A stretch of 64,000 bases of DNA from an uncultured Chlamydiae bacterium. GTDB lineage: Bacteria; Chlamydiota; Chlamydiia; Chlamydiales; Parachlamydiaceae. Below the pieces are notes generated by a model. The model was not told the origin of the DNA. It worked only from the letters and a program-made list of their open reading frames with translations, and did no database searches. Made by a program: the position numbers and the translations under genes. The stretch is taken from positions 1,856,001 to 1,920,000 of the forward strand of contig CAVWGN010000001.1 of NCBI GenBank assembly GCA_963754655.1, read 5' to 3'. This document shows positions 1 to 11,218 of this stretch, one piece after another. Position 1 is the first letter of the stretch. Every line of letters starts with the position of its first letter.

Positions 1-479
1 GCTGTTGAAAGAATAAGAGGTTTTCCAGTCTGAGCAGCTTTGCGAATCAAATCATGATCGACAATTTCTGGAGAGGCAATTTTATAACAAGGAACATTTA
101 AAGATTCCAAAAAATCGACTGCAGTTTCATCAAAGGGACTGCTAAAAACCTCTATTTCCAATTTCCGGCAATAATCAAAAATCGCGGAATGCCATTCCCA
201 GGGAGTATAAGCCTCTTGATAGAGTTCATATAAATTGCGATTTTTCCATAAACTTTCTTGATCCTCAATTAAAAACTCTTTCCCCTTCATATTCAGGGTA
301 ATTGTATCCGGTGTATATGTTTGCAATTTCACTGCATGGGCCCCCACTTTCTTGGCCATGTCCACAATGTCCAATGCTCTTTGCAAAGAACCCTTATGAT
401 TAGCTGATAATTCAGCCACAATACAAGGGGGATGAGAAGGACCGACAAAAATATTTCCTATTTGAATTTCTTTTCTCAT
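1..479 (-). CDS. pseI: Pseudaminic acid synthase / NeuB family (5' part; runs off window edge)
   Basis: Manual translation from ATG at 479: MRKEIQIGNIFVGPSHPPCIVAELSANHKGSLQRALDIVDMAKKVGAHAVKLQTYTPDTIT...AYTPWEWH...FSSPFDETAVDFLESLNVPCYKIASPE, typical PseI/NeuB motifs; not in ORF track. Confidence 0.9.
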   Translation of the reverse strand, partial: MRKEIQIGNIFVGPSHPPCIVAELSANHKGSLQRALDIVDMAKKVGAHAVKLQTYTPDTITLNMKGKEFLIEDQESLWKNRNLYELYQEAYTPWEWHSAIFDYCRKLEIEVFSSPFDETAVDFLESLNVPCYKIASPEIVDHDLIRKAAQTGKPLILST

Positions 480-545
480 TTTAAATTCCTTTTGCTTGCA
501 ATTGCTGTAAAAACATGTGATTAATCGCTTACAGATTGGAAACTA

Positions 546-1217
546 CTAAAAAGTTCGAAGGCGCTTTAAAAACGTTTCATTAATCGCTTGCAGATTAGGA
601 ACAGTTAAGTGGGCATCATAAGCTTCTTCTACTTTATCATGGCCATAAGGGCCAGTCAAAACGCGAATTGTTTGAAAGCCTAAAGGCTTGATCCCGACGA
701 AATCTTTATGGGGATTATCAGCGATATAAACAACTGAGGAAGGAGACACTCTTTCTAATTCGCAAATCTTCTCAAAACAATAGGGAGAAGGCTTTCGCCG
801 ATGAAGACCATGAGCATAAGTAAAAAAGCAGCGACGGACAAACAAATCTAGACCCAATGCATAAAACTTCTTTCGCTGAACAAGTTGATTGCCATCTGTC
901 ACGATATACAAAGGATAATTATGCAAACGAACTAAGCAAGTATGAGCTTCTGGAAAAAGGCTTAAAGAAGGCTCGTGCCCACGATACACGCTGATACAAT
1001 TTTTAATCATTTTTTGGGTTTGGATGCCTTGTTTAAGCAAGTAGCGGTCAAACACTTTTTCGCGCTGGATTTTAAGCTCAGCATTTAAGGCTTCTACAAT
1101 TTGATTTTGAGGCAGTCCAACGATAGGGCTTAGGTAATCTGCAACTGCTCGAAACCCACTGCGGACAAATAAGAGCTCTTCATAAAGAGTATCATCTAAG
1201 TCAAAAATGATGACCAT
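546..1217 (-). CDS. HAD-superfamily hydrolase
   Basis: FDLDDTLY motif I, VTDG, KP, YIADNPHKD; overlaps upstream gene (operon). Confidence 0.9.
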   Translation of the reverse strand: MVIIFDLDDTLYEELLFVRSGFRAVADYLSPIVGLPQNQIVEALNAELKIQREKVFDRYLLKQGIQTQKMIKNCISVYRGHEPSLSLFPEAHTCLVRLHNYPLYIVTDGNQLVQRKKFYALGLDLFVRRCFFTYAHGLHRRKPSPYCFEKICELERVSPSSVVYIADNPHKDFVGIKPLGFQTIRVLTGPYGHDKVEEAYDAHLTVPNLQAINETFLKRLRTF

Positions 1218-2791
1218 GGCAATAACCTATCTGTTAGATAACGCACTTGTCTGATTTCACCCTTGCCGCGCATAAAGGGATAATCCTGTAAGTCTATTCC
1301 TACACATTCCGTAAAAAACCAAAAAAAGCTCTCTAATCCTACAGCGATACTGGCTGTTGAAGCTCCTCCAAAGCGCGGGTTGCACTCAATCACATGAAAC
1401 TTTCCCATTTCATCCTCAATGAGTTGAAACACTGCATGACCTTCAATTTTTAACAGATCAGCCATTTCATGACAGAGATGTTCTAATGAGGGATAATGGA
1501 CCGTTGTCGTCACTTGTGACTCACCATTGACAACGTGGTTGCGCTGTCGAGCCACTGAACCTTTGACCTTTCCCTTAAATGAACGATAGACATCTACGCT
1601 CCACTCTATTCCTTCAATAAAAGGCTGAAAAATGGGCTCTTTTAATTGACATCCATGCCTTAAGGCTTCCTCACGTGTTAAACCTAATCCCAATTGCTGC
1701 GAACCTGCTCCTCTTCTCTCCTTGACAACATAAGCAGAGGAGTGGAATTCTTCAAGAAATAAATAAGTGGAAATAACAGGAAAATGGTGCTGCCATAAAA
1801 AATCAGCAAATTTCTTCTTATCCAAGCACAGCGCAATCGTTTCTAAAGAAGACACCATCGGATAAATTCCTCGATCGTAAAAAAAAGATCGATGATACGC
1901 ATAAAATTCAAGATCTGCATTGCGAGTGGGAATAAGGGCTGTAATTTTGTTTTTTTGACAGTATGTCACGATTTCTTTCCCCGTCATTTTTTCTAAGGGA
2001 GGACAATGCCAAAATTTATCTACTCCATATTGACCAATGCAAGAGGGATTGCTATCACAGCCATGAACCTCTTGAAATTGTCCTAATTGATTGGCAGCTG
2101 CTCTCACAGCCTCTATTAGCGGCATTTTTTTAGAAATACTGGTAATTAATACGGCAGGATGTTCAGGAATGATGGGATATTCTTGATCCGATGTTAATCG
2201 ATCCATTTTTATATGACTCTTATCCTTCCAATCTTTTGCTAACAAACCATGCATAATAGAATTGACCCGTTGTCCATGCTTATAAACATGCTCGCGTAAA
2301 ATTCCCTCGGGCTTAAATCCTAATTTTTCCAAAACATGAAGAGTCGAATGGCGAAAAGCGAAAGTTTCTGTAAAAAGTCGATGTAGGTGTAAATGTTCAA
2401 ATGCAACTTGACAAAGCAATCCCAAAAAATGAGTAAAATCTCTTGGATAAATGATAGCATCTTGTGCACGAGTGGGATTAACTAGAAAAGAGACTTCGGA
2501 TCGTGAATTTTCCCAATCCACGTAAGTGAGCCCTCCATAACCAATGCAAATGCCACCAAATAAAAAGCTAAATAAAATTTGTGTTGGCCTTTCTTGTTCA
2601 AACATGGGCCAAACATGTTTTTGGAAATAGAGGTGTTGGTCTTCAAATGTAATCATCTCTTTTTGTCGCAACACATCCATTTGTGCATTACGCCATAAGC
2701 GAATATTTTCCACATCTTCTTGACGAATGGCGACAATTTGATAATTTTGATTATCTTGAAAAGAATTCTGTTTTAAACACTTATAATCCAT
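1196..2791 (-). CDS. GNAT (RimJ/RimL, PseH-like) acetyltransferase fused to ATP-grasp domain
   Basis: N-half IRLWRN...LEKLGFKPEGILREH; C-half DKKKF, VVKERRGAGS, QPFIEGIEWSVD, IECNPRFGG. Confidence 0.8.
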   Translation of the reverse strand: MDYKCLKQNSFQDNQNYQIVAIRQEDVENIRLWRNAQMDVLRQKEMITFEDQHLYFQKHVWPMFEQERPTQILFSFLFGGICIGYGGLTYVDWENSRSEVSFLVNPTRAQDAIIYPRDFTHFLGLLCQVAFEHLHLHRLFTETFAFRHSTLHVLEKLGFKPEGILREHVYKHGQRVNSIMHGLLAKDWKDKSHIKMDRLTSDQEYPIIPEHPAVLITSISKKMPLIEAVRAAANQLGQFQEVHGCDSNPSCIGQYGVDKFWHCPPLEKMTGKEIVTYCQKNKITALIPTRNADLEFYAYHRSFFYDRGIYPMVSSLETIALCLDKKKFADFLWQHHFPVISTYLFLEEFHSSAYVVKERRGAGSQQLGLGLTREEALRHGCQLKEPIFQPFIEGIEWSVDVYRSFKGKVKGSVARQRNHVVNGESQVTTTVHYPSLEHLCHEMADLLKIEGHAVFQLIEDEMGKFHVIECNPRFGGASTASIAVGLESFFWFFTECVGIDLQDYPFMRGKGEIRQVRYLTDRLLPWSSFLT

Positions 2792-2844
2792 ATCTCTTCC
2801 AAACCCGTCGTCAATTTTTCATAACCTAACAGTGACATCATCAT

Positions 2845-4074
2845 TCATCTTTTATCTGTCAATTGATCAAACAATTTGCACAGTCGATTGTATAGTGTTT
2901 TGTAATTTTGCGAATTTAGGGAGAGTTCGATCTGAAGATTTAAATTTGCATATTGAATCACCCACCAACTCTCTTCCTGAACGGCAGCCAAGACAATGTC
3001 TCGATCTTTTTTAAGACTTTCATCTGCATAGATAAGAGCCTCGCCATTTTGCTGAACAGCAGCTAAGACAATCGCTTGATCTTTTTTAAAGCTTTTATCT
3101 GCAAATTGAAGAACCCTTCCATCTTGTTGAACGGCAGCCAAGACAATCTCTCGATCTTTTGTAAAGCTTTCATTTACCTTTGCAAAAGCCCAGCCGTTTT
3201 GCTTAACGGCAGCCAAGACAAACTCTCGATCTTTTTTAAGACTTGTATCTGCATAGCGAAAAGCGTTGCCATTTTGTTGAATCGCAGCTAAGACAACCTC
3301 TCGCTCTTTTTTAAGACTTTTATTTATATCAAAAACAGAACTTCCAAAACAGTGAGCAATTTTAATAAAAATTTTTTTATCATTAAAATTGGGAAATTTT
3401 TTAAGTGTAGAGATGATAGACATTTCTGCTTGCCACCATGTTTTACCTCGACACCCCTGATAAATTTTTTCGATAAAGTCATTTTTGATAAGGGTTAATC
3501 TTTGGTCATCCGTGCCTGATGTCAGAGATCTTAAAATAAATACTTGCTCTTCAGCTATCTGCTGAATGTTTTTATTGGGGCTTTTTTTGCAAACTTCAGG
3601 GTCCCATGGATAGCGATCCAAAAGAAAAAGAAATAAACTCTTTGATTGAAATAAGCATGAATCAATCATTAATAATTTTTCAAATCTTTTTCCACGATGA
3701 CCTTGGGCTCGATCAATCAGTTTGAGTTCCTGAGGTGTAAAATCCTTCTTTTGCTCAGTTATGATGCACTCCTGGAGATGTGTAATAGCGAATTGATGAC
3801 TCCCTTTCAATTGGAAAAGGGCCTGCACCAATGCAATGCATGGATTCTCCTCAAGAACGCCTTTCCATTTTTGACAGGTAAGTAAAAGAGAAGAAATATC
3901 ACGTAAAGGTTGGCTTTGATTGATAACCCGATCAAAAATAATTCCTAACATTTCCGAAGGAATTAATGTGTCTAAACCAGCCTCACTTGAAGTGTTATCT
4001 ATTTTTTCTGAATTACTTAGGTTAATTTGCATCACTAATAACTTCATTAATTTTTTATTAACTTGATAATTCAT
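2845..4074 (-). CDS. F-box-like + DUF4116-repeat protein (putative effector)
   Basis: LIPSEMLGIIFDRV...LLTCQKWK F-box-like; five 25-aa (75-bp) repeats D/EREIVLAAVQQxG; ATG 4074 preferred over GTG 4110. Confidence 0.7.
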   Translation of the reverse strand: MNYQVNKKLMKLLVMQINLSNSEKIDNTSSEAGLDTLIPSEMLGIIFDRVINQSQPLRDISSLLLTCQKWKGVLEENPCIALVQALFQLKGSHQFAITHLQECIITEQKKDFTPQELKLIDRAQGHRGKRFEKLLMIDSCLFQSKSLFLFLLDRYPWDPEVCKKSPNKNIQQIAEEQVFILRSLTSGTDDQRLTLIKNDFIEKIYQGCRGKTWWQAEMSIISTLKKFPNFNDKKIFIKIAHCFGSSVFDINKSLKKEREVVLAAIQQNGNAFRYADTSLKKDREFVLAAVKQNGWAFAKVNESFTKDREIVLAAVQQDGRVLQFADKSFKKDQAIVLAAVQQNGEALIYADESLKKDRDIVLAAVQEESWWVIQYANLNLQIELSLNSQNYKTLYNRLCKLFDQLTDKR

Positions 4075-4137
4075 TTTTAAAATAGTTGACCCTCTACGTC
4101 TACAAACCACCTGTGAATTGACGTTAAGCGATGAAAT

Positions 4138-6897
4138 TTAAGTTGCTTTCCATGCCGCGTGAATGATGGAAGTGCCTTTTTCTTGGTATAATGAAAACCC
4201 TAAGTTTTCGCAAATTTTGAGCATTCCCGTATTTTCAGATAAAATATAACCATCCACAACTGCTATTTTCTCTTGCTTAGCAATAAGTAAGAGATGTTTG
4301 AGCAACTGTGTGCCCAATCCTAAATGGTGATAAGCATCGGCGATAATCAGCTTGAATTGAGCATGGGGAATCCCTGGAATGCGTATCAAGCGACCAATCC
4401 CAATCATTTTTTTCTGCTGATATTGATCAATTTCAGCCACAATAGCCCATTCACGGTCATAATCATTAAAACAAATGCGAATTAAACGTTCATGCGCCAC
4501 TCGTCGATCTAAAGTCATAAATTCAAAGTAACGTTGGCGCACACTATTTTCAGATAACTCGCGATGAAATTGAATGATGAGGTGTTCATCTTCTGGATAA
4601 ATGGGACGCAAAGTGAGTGGAATTCCATTGTTCAATTGTGTGGATAAAACATAATTAAAAGGGTAAGGGCGAATAGCAAGCCGAGGAAGTTGATCATCGA
4701 GAATTTTGAAATCATGCAGGACAATCCGCGCATCAAGTGCAATTATTTTTTCTTCAGAAGCCATCAAAGGATTAATATCGCATTCTTGAATTCTTGGATT
4801 TTCAACAACTAATAAAGAAAATCTAATTAAAATTTCCTCTAACTGAGAAAGATTGATGGCTTTGCGTCCTCGAACGCCTAGCAAGGCTTCATAGATTTTG
4901 GTTTTTTGCATCAGATGCCGGGCTAAATTAACATTTAAAGGCGGAATGGCTAAGGCACGATCTTTGAAAACTTCTACCAACTGTCCACCCGTTCCAAATA
5001 AAATCACAGGACCAAATTGAGGATCGGTTGTGCTCCCCAATATCAATTCATAACCGGTATGCTTGATCATTTGCTGGACAGTTACGCCCTCAAAATGCTC
5101 TTTACCCACTTTTTCAGTTACCGAAGTTTGGATATCATCAAATGCTTTCTTCACCTCTTCGACAGATTGCAAATTCAGTTTGACTCCTCCCACATCTGTT
5201 TTATGAGTGATTGTTTGAGAAAAAAGCTTGAGGACAATAGGAAAACCTAATTGTATCGCCATGCTAACCGCTTCTTCAGGAGTATAAGCAATCAGAGTTT
5301 TTACAACGGGAATCCCATAATCTTCTAAAATGTGTTTGGATTCAAATTCTGTGAGTAATGTCCGCCCCTCTTTTTGAATCTTTTGCAATAGTTGCTTAAC
5401 ATGCTGTGGCTCCCCAACCGAAATCAATGATTTTTCTTCTTTTATGATTGATTGATTTAAGGCAGGGATCTCATAGAGAGTTTGAAGGTTTTTACTATAG
5501 CGCCACATAGTAGCAAAGGTTTGTGCAGCATCGTCGGGATATTCAAAAACAGGAATTTGAGCATGAGAGAGAATTTCAGCCCCTTCCTTCACACTGGCTC
5601 CTCCCATCCAACTGGTTAAAAGAGGCTTTTGATGATTTTGTGTCGCGTGTTTAATTGCGACAGCAGTTGCCGTTGCATCTGTCATATCTTGAGGCGAAAG
5701 GATCACAAGCAAGCCATCACTCTTTTCATCCTTCATGAGAATATCGACTGCCTTTGCATAACGATCTGCATCCGCATCGCCAAGAAGATCAACAGGATTG
5801 CTATGGCTCCAAGCATTTGGTAAAACGCGATCTAAAGCTTCTAACGTTTGAGAAGACAAAGGGGTAAGCTCTGCTTGATGAAAAATAGCGGCATCCGTTG
5901 CTAAAACTCCTGGTCCACCCGCATTTGTGACAATAGTCAACCGAGGACCTTTAGGACGAGGCTGCTTAGCTAAAACAGAAGCCATATTGAAAAGCTCAGC
6001 AATGGTATTGACTCTTAATGCTCCAATTCTTTCAACAGCTGCATCAAACACTTCATCGCTTCCCGCCAAAGAACCCGTATGAGAAGCGGCTGCCTTAGCA
6101 GCTGCCTGAGTTCTCCCTGCTTTAATCAGGATGATGGGTTTTTCCAAAGCGACCTCACGAGCAGCTGTCATAAAAGAGCGAGCATCCCCTACCGTTTCCA
6201 TATAAAGCAAAAGGCTATGCGTATGAGGATCGCTACCCAGGTAATCAATCAACGTTCCCCAATTCACATCTGCCATGGAGCCAATCGAAACAAAAGCACT
6301 AAATCCGACTTTATGCTCAAGACTCCAATCTAACACAGCCGTACACATGGCTCCAGATTGGCTAATGAAAGCCAAATTGCCTGGCAAAGCCATTCCCTTA
6401 GCAAAAGTGGCGTTCAGCCCAGAAATAGGATTCATAATCCCTAAACAATTAGGACCAATGATGGGCATTTTGCCACGCCTAGCATGGACAAGAATGTCTT
6501 CCTCGAGCTTACGGCCTGATTCGCCCAGTTCTTTAAATCCAGCTGAGATGATAATGGCCGATTTAACATGTGCCTCTACACATTCTGATACAATTTTTGG
6601 AACCGTCGGAGCAGGAGTGACAATAATGGCAAGATCAATCTTTTCCGAAACACTGCCCACCGAAGAATAAGCTTTAAGCCCCAATACCTGACTGCGTTTA
6701 GGATTGATGGGATAAATTTGACCTTGAAAAGAGCCTGAAAGTAAATTGATCATGATCGTTCGAGCAACGCTGCCTAGATCATCCTTAGCTCCGATCACAG
6801 CCACCGTTTGAGGGTGAAAAAGAGGATCTAAGGGATGGGGATATCGTTCAATAAAATTTTGAGACGGATCCGTTTGATTGAGATTTCCAGCCATCAT
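4138..6897 (-). CDS. Bifunctional acetate-CoA ligase family / GNAT protein lysine acetyltransferase (Pat/PatZ type)
   Basis: [47 protein letters not shown]-terminal GNAT GLGTQLL. Confidence 0.9.
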   Translation of the reverse strand: MMAGNLNQTDPSQNFIERYPHPLDPLFHPQTVAVIGAKDDLGSVARTIMINLLSGSFQGQIYPINPKRSQVLGLKAYSSVGSVSEKIDLAIIVTPAPTVPKIVSECVEAHVKSAIIISAGFKELGESGRKLEEDILVHARRGKMPIIGPNCLGIMNPISGLNATFAKGMALPGNLAFISQSGAMCTAVLDWSLEHKVGFSAFVSIGSMADVNWGTLIDYLGSDPHTHSLLLYMETVGDARSFMTAAREVALEKPIILIKAGRTQAAAKAAASHTGSLAGSDEVFDAAVERIGALRVNTIAELFNMASVLAKQPRPKGPRLTIVTNAGGPGVLATDAAIFHQAELTPLSSQTLEALDRVLPNAWSHSNPVDLLGDADADRYAKAVDILMKDEKSDGLLVILSPQDMTDATATAVAIKHATQNHQKPLLTSWMGGASVKEGAEILSHAQIPVFEYPDDAAQTFATMWRYSKNLQTLYEIPALNQSIIKEEKSLISVGEPQHVKQLLQKIQKEGRTLLTEFESKHILEDYGIPVVKTLIAYTPEEAVSMAIQLGFPIVLKLFSQTITHKTDVGGVKLNLQSVEEVKKAFDDIQTSVTEKVGKEHFEGVTVQQMIKHTGYELILGSTTDPQFGPVILFGTGGQLVEVFKDRALAIPPLNVNLARHLMQKTKIYEALLGVRGRKAINLSQLEEILIRFSLLVVENPRIQECDINPLMASEEKIIALDARIVLHDFKILDDQLPRLAIRPYPFNYVLSTQLNNGIPLTLRPIYPEDEHLIIQFHRELSENSVRQRYFEFMTLDRRVAHERLIRICFNDYDREWAIVAEIDQYQQKKMIGIGRLIRIPGIPHAQFKLIIADAYHHLGLGTQLLKHLLLIAKQEKIAVVDGYILSENTGMLKICENLGFSLYQEKGTSIIHAAWKAT

Positions 6898-6925
6898 GAA
6901 AGCGACCCTCCTATGATTTCTTGTT

Positions 6926-6954
6926 GAATCTATCCCACTTAATCGGATAGATTC
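6926..6954. promoter_or_regulatory. Perfect inverted repeat between divergent pat and rnb genes (operator-like)
   Basis: GAATCTATCC-N9-GGATAGATTC. Confidence 0.4.
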
Positions 6955-7007
6955 TTATTTGCATTAAATCAGGATCCTCATTAAAAAAACACTTAGAACC
7001 TATCCTT

Positions 7008-8468
7008 ATGCAAAATTCAAACTCTTCTATTGACTTAACTTCTTTAGCTAAGCAAAGTATGATTGAACATCAACTACTTCCAGACTTTCCCTTAGCTGTT
7101 TTAACAGAAGTCAGCCAGCTCACCTCTCCAGAGAAAATCAATTCCCCTGAGGTTAAAGATTTGCGCCATCTCCTCTGGTTTTCAATTGATAATGACGATT
7201 CAAGAGACTTGGATCAAATTACCTTTGCCGAGAAATTAGATGAGCAATTTAAAATTTATGTTGGCATTGCGGATGTTGATAGTTTAGTCAAGAAAGGATC
7301 TGCAATCGATCGTTATGCACAGCATAATACAACTTCAGTCTATACTCCAACTAAACTATTTCCCATGCTGCCTGAAAAATTATCAACGTATTTGACCTCC
7401 CTCAATGAAAATGAAGAGCGAATCGCCTTGATTGTTGAGGCAAGCATCGATGCAACAGGCAACTTAATCACGTCTAGCATTTACCGAGCGCATGTCATAA
7501 ACAAAGCAAAGCTAGCTTATAACAGTGTTTCAGCATGGCTGGATGGCGCAGAGCCTGCACCCAATGCCATTAAAACAAACCCCGATTTAGACTATCAAAT
7601 TCGCCTTCAAGATAAAATTGCACAGATTCTACGTCAATATAGACACAAAGAGGGAGCATTGACTCTGCAAACAATTGAAACTTTTCCTGTTATTGATGGA
7701 CAACGTATTGTGGACATAAAAGCTACTGGAAAAAATCGAGCAAAAGATCTTATTGAAGATTTTATGATTGCAGCTAACAGATCAACTGTTTCTTTTCTAA
7801 AAAATAAGCAAAAGCCTTCTTTAAGGCGGGTGGTTCGTACACCCAAGCAATGGGATCGCATTGTAGAAATCGCTAAACAATATGGGGCAAATCTTCCCAC
7901 TGAACCCGATGCAAAAGCCTTGGATCTTTTTCTCTACCAACGTCTCGTCTCAGATCCTCTCCACTTTCCCGATCTTTCTTTGACAGTTATTAAACTCTTA
8001 GGTCGAGGAGAGTATGTTGTTGAACAGCCTGGCGCGCAACCCATTGGCCATTTTAGCTTAGCTGTCAAGGATTATACTCATTCTACTGCTCCCAATAGAA
8101 GGTTTCCAGATCTGATTACGCAACGCCTGATTAAGTCTATTCTTGCCAACCAACCATATGCTTATACACTCAGCGAGCTTGATCAATTGGCCAAACACTG
8201 CACCGAGAAGGAAGATGAAGCAGAAAAAGTTGAACGTAAAATGAAGAAATCAGCTGCAAGTTTGCTTCTTTCTTCTAAGATTGATCAAGAATTTGATGCT
8301 CTCGTGACAGGTGCGGCTCTCAAGGGAACGTGGGTAAGAATTTTAACTCCACCTGTAGAAGGCAAATTAATTCAAGGATTCGAAAAGATAGAAGTGGGCG
8401 ATAAAATCCGAGTAAGACTCGTGCATGTAGATGTTGCCAAAGGATTTATCGATTTTATTCGAGTTTAG
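7008..8468 (+). CDS. RNB-domain exoribonuclease (RNase II/R family)
   Basis: SIDNDDSRDLDQ catalytic motif, YTHSTAPNRRFPDL, C-terminal S1-like domain. Confidence 0.9.
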   Translation: MQNSNSSIDLTSLAKQSMIEHQLLPDFPLAVLTEVSQLTSPEKINSPEVKDLRHLLWFSIDNDDSRDLDQITFAEKLDEQFKIYVGIADVDSLVKKGSAIDRYAQHNTTSVYTPTKLFPMLPEKLSTYLTSLNENEERIALIVEASIDATGNLITSSIYRAHVINKAKLAYNSVSAWLDGAEPAPNAIKTNPDLDYQIRLQDKIAQILRQYRHKEGALTLQTIETFPVIDGQRIVDIKATGKNRAKDLIEDFMIAANRSTVSFLKNKQKPSLRRVVRTPKQWDRIVEIAKQYGANLPTEPDAKALDLFLYQRLVSDPLHFPDLSLTVIKLLGRGEYVVEQPGAQPIGHFSLAVKDYTHSTAPNRRFPDLITQRLIKSILANQPYAYTLSELDQLAKHCTEKEDEAEKVERKMKKSAASLLLSSKIDQEFDALVTGAALKGTWVRILTPPVEGKLIQGFEKIEVGDKIRVRLVHVDVAKGFIDFIRV

Positions 8469-9166
8469 GTTAAATCAAAAAAAAGAATCTGAGAAGGGCT
8501 ACGAGCCTGAAAATGAAGTGAATCCACTTCGCTGACCGAAGCACCATCTCCAGTTTCGAGGATGATGCCATTGACCTCTATTTCTCCCCTCATCACTTGA
8601 ATCCAACCATAGCGATTAGGGGCTAATTCATATTTCAGCTCTTTTCCCAGGTCTAGGGTTGTAAGATAACCCCCAACATTTTGATGAATATGTAAAGAGC
8701 CTTCTCTTCCATCAGAAGAAATGATCAAACACCAGCGATTATGCTGAAGCGAGGGAGAAAAAAAATTTTCTTGATAACTGGGTTTTAAACCTCGATCAAT
8801 AGGTTTTATCCAAATTTGCAAAAAATGCGTTTCCTCTTTATCAGATGCATTAACTTCGCTATGTGTCACTCCTCGCCCTGCCGATAATAATTGAATCTTG
8901 CCTGGACGCAAAATGGAGGCATTTCCCAAATCATCTTGATGAGTCAGTCCCCCTTCTAAAACAACAGAAAAAATTTCCATATCTTGATGAGAGTGGACAG
9001 GAAAACCTGTTCCAGGCTGAATGCGATCTTCATTGATTACCCTTAAAGAGCGAAATCCTCGATAATCGGGATCATCGTAGCGTGCAAAAGAAAAAGTGTG
9101 ATAGGTTTTTAACCATCCATAATCAAAAAATCCACGGTCTCCCGATTTACGAACATGTATAGACAT
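8465..9166 (-). CDS. Pirin family protein (YhhW-like)
   Basis: GWLKTYHTFSF, LRVINED, GFPVHSHQDMEI, AGRGVTHSE; ATG 9166 (MSIHVRK) is the likely start. Confidence 0.9.
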   Translation of the reverse strand: MSIHVRKSGDRGFFDYGWLKTYHTFSFARYDDPDYRGFRSLRVINEDRIQPGTGFPVHSHQDMEIFSVVLEGGLTHQDDLGNASILRPGKIQLLSAGRGVTHSEVNASDKEETHFLQIWIKPIDRGLKPSYQENFFSPSLQHNRWCLIISSDGREGSLHIHQNVGGYLTTLDLGKELKYELAPNRYGWIQVMRGEIEVNGIILETGDGASVSEVDSLHFQARSPSQILFFDLT

Positions 9167-9258
9167 TCTCTTCTCTTGTTTTAGATAGAGATTAACATGC
9201 TCATTTATTTTAAAAAAGTTTTTTGATAAATTTAAGAAAATTCTCAACAAGGAAAGGT

Positions 9259-10821
9259 ATGCAAACTTTAATGCCACCCCATCTTTTAAATAATAACACG
9301 GGTGATAGTGTTTCAATTTGGATGGAAGAAGAAATTGCCCCCTTTCCTCCATTGAATCAAGATCTAACAACAGATGTTTGTATTGTGGGGGGTGGCTTCA
9401 TTGGCCTGACTTGTGCCTATTTTTTGCTTCAGCGAGGACTTTCAGTGAGTGTGATTGAAGGAGGTTCACTAGGAGGAGGTCAATCTTCTCGAACAACCGG
9501 ACATTTAGCTTGGTCATTAGATGATCGTTTTTTTGATTTGGAAAAGCTTTTTGGATTAGAAGGAGCCCGCATAGCCGCTGAAAGCCATCACGAAGCAATC
9601 AAAACAATTGAAAAAATCGTTCAAAAAGAACGCATTCTTTGCGATTTAGAAAAATTGGATGCTTATTTATTTTTGTCTCCACACGATAGCCCTGACATCT
9701 TGGAAAAAGAATGGTCAACGCTCCAAAAAATTGGCATGCCTGTCCAAAAATTGGAACGAGCTCCGCTTCGCTCCTTTGATACAGGTCCTTGTTTGCAATT
9801 TCCTGATCAGGCTCAATTTCATATTTTTAAGTATTTAAAAGGGTTAATTCATGCCATCGTAAGTAAGAATGGCAAAATTTATTCTCACACTCATGTCCAT
9901 CGCATTCAAGATGGCTCCCCTTGTTATGTTGTCACAGATCATCATCATATTATCACAGCAAAGTCTGTGATTGTTGCAACCAATACTCCAGTTAACGACC
10001 GTTTTATGATTCATAGTAAGCAGGCCCCTTATCGCACTTATGCTATTGCAGGTTCCGTTCCTAAAAATTCAGTCGCACGGGGACTTTATTATGACACTCA
10101 GGATCCTTATCATTATATTCGCCTTCAAAGACATGAAAAAGACGCTAACCTTGATTGGTTGATTGTTGGAGGAGAAGATCACAAGACTGGACAAGAGGCG
10201 GATATTTTTGAAAAATATCTTCGGCTTGAAGATTGGACACGCCAACGTTTTCCCATGCTCCAAGAGATCTCTTATCGATGGTCAGGCCAAGTCATTGAAC
10301 CCGTTGATTCATTAGCCTTTATCGGTCGTAATCCGCATGACAAACATGTCTACATTGCTACAGGAGATTCAGGAAATGGACTTACACATGGAACCATAGC
10401 GGGTCTATTGATCACAGATTTAATTGTCGAAGGCTTTCATCCATGGGCCGAAGTTTATGATCCTTCCCGTAAGACGTTGCAAGCTGCGGGAGAATATGCC
10501 AAAGAAAATTTCAATGTTGCTGTTCAATATGGCGAATGGGTGACGCCTGGCGAGGTTGAGCATAGTAAACAAATTTTACCCGGTACAGGCGCTTTAATTC
10601 GCGAGGGATTAAAAAAATATGCTGTTTATCGAGATGAAAAAGGCCGTTTACATTGTTTTTCAGCGACTTGTCCGCATTTAGGGGGAATTGTGAAATGGAA
10701 CCCAGGAGAAAAAAGCTGGGATTGCCCCTGCCATGGATCGCGCTTTGGCATCGATGGTCAAGTCCTCAATGGTCCAGCCATTGAGGGTTTATCCCCCGCT
10801 TCGCAAACCTTACAAGAATAG
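9259..10821 (+). CDS. FAD-dependent oxidoreductase with C-terminal Rieske [2Fe-2S] domain (YhfW-like)
   Basis: IVGGGFIG Rossmann motif; CPHLG...WDCPCHGSRF Rieske motif. Confidence 0.9.
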   Translation: MQTLMPPHLLNNNTGDSVSIWMEEEIAPFPPLNQDLTTDVCIVGGGFIGLTCAYFLLQRGLSVSVIEGGSLGGGQSSRTTGHLAWSLDDRFFDLEKLFGLEGARIAAESHHEAIKTIEKIVQKERILCDLEKLDAYLFLSPHDSPDILEKEWSTLQKIGMPVQKLERAPLRSFDTGPCLQFPDQAQFHIFKYLKGLIHAIVSKNGKIYSHTHVHRIQDGSPCYVVTDHHHIITAKSVIVATNTPVNDRFMIHSKQAPYRTYAIAGSVPKNSVARGLYYDTQDPYHYIRLQRHEKDANLDWLIVGGEDHKTGQEADIFEKYLRLEDWTRQRFPMLQEISYRWSGQVIEPVDSLAFIGRNPHDKHVYIATGDSGNGLTHGTIAGLLITDLIVEGFHPWAEVYDPSRKTLQAAGEYAKENFNVAVQYGEWVTPGEVEHSKQILPGTGALIREGLKKYAVYRDEKGRLHCFSATCPHLGGIVKWNPGEKSWDCPCHGSRFGIDGQVLNGPAIEGLSPASQTLQE

Positions 10822-10852
10822 TTTTGCCTATTAGGATGAACGGCTTTAAAAT

Positions 10853-11218
10853 CTTATGCGTTAAACTAAGAGAGGAGCGTACGCGAAGCGATGCATTCAG
10901 TCGCCCGCCGCTTCGCTCTGGGCTCTGTGTGGAGGGATTTAAACCCACCGTTCGGTCGCCCTCCGGGCTCGGTCACGGTGGGCTAGAAACAGTCGTCCTA
11001 CGGACTCTAGCAGCAATTTAAAAGCCATTGAATGCTAGTCAAGGCGTTCTGATAATGCCGCTAGAGTCCGTAGGACGACTGTTTCTAGCCCACCGTGACC
11101 GAGCCCGGAGGGCGACCGAACGGTGGGTTTAAATCCATCCACACAGAGCCCAGAGCGAAGCGGCGGGCGACTGAATGCATCGCTTCGCGTACGCTCTTCT
11201 CTTAGCTTAACGCATAAG
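10853..11218. repeat. Long GC-rich palindrome (REPIN/BIME-like), 159-bp arms with 48-bp spacer
   Basis: 10853-11011 is the reverse complement of 11060-11218 with only a few mismatches. Confidence 0.9.

Noticed and set aside
6926..6954. CIRCE element (9-nt spacer inverted repeat)
   Set aside because: Arms do not match TTAGCACTC-N9-GAGTGCTAA.
10766..11021. ORFs 10766..10948 and 10824..11021, and likewise 23681..23899
   Set aside because: They lie within GC-rich palindromic repeats and are probably spurious.
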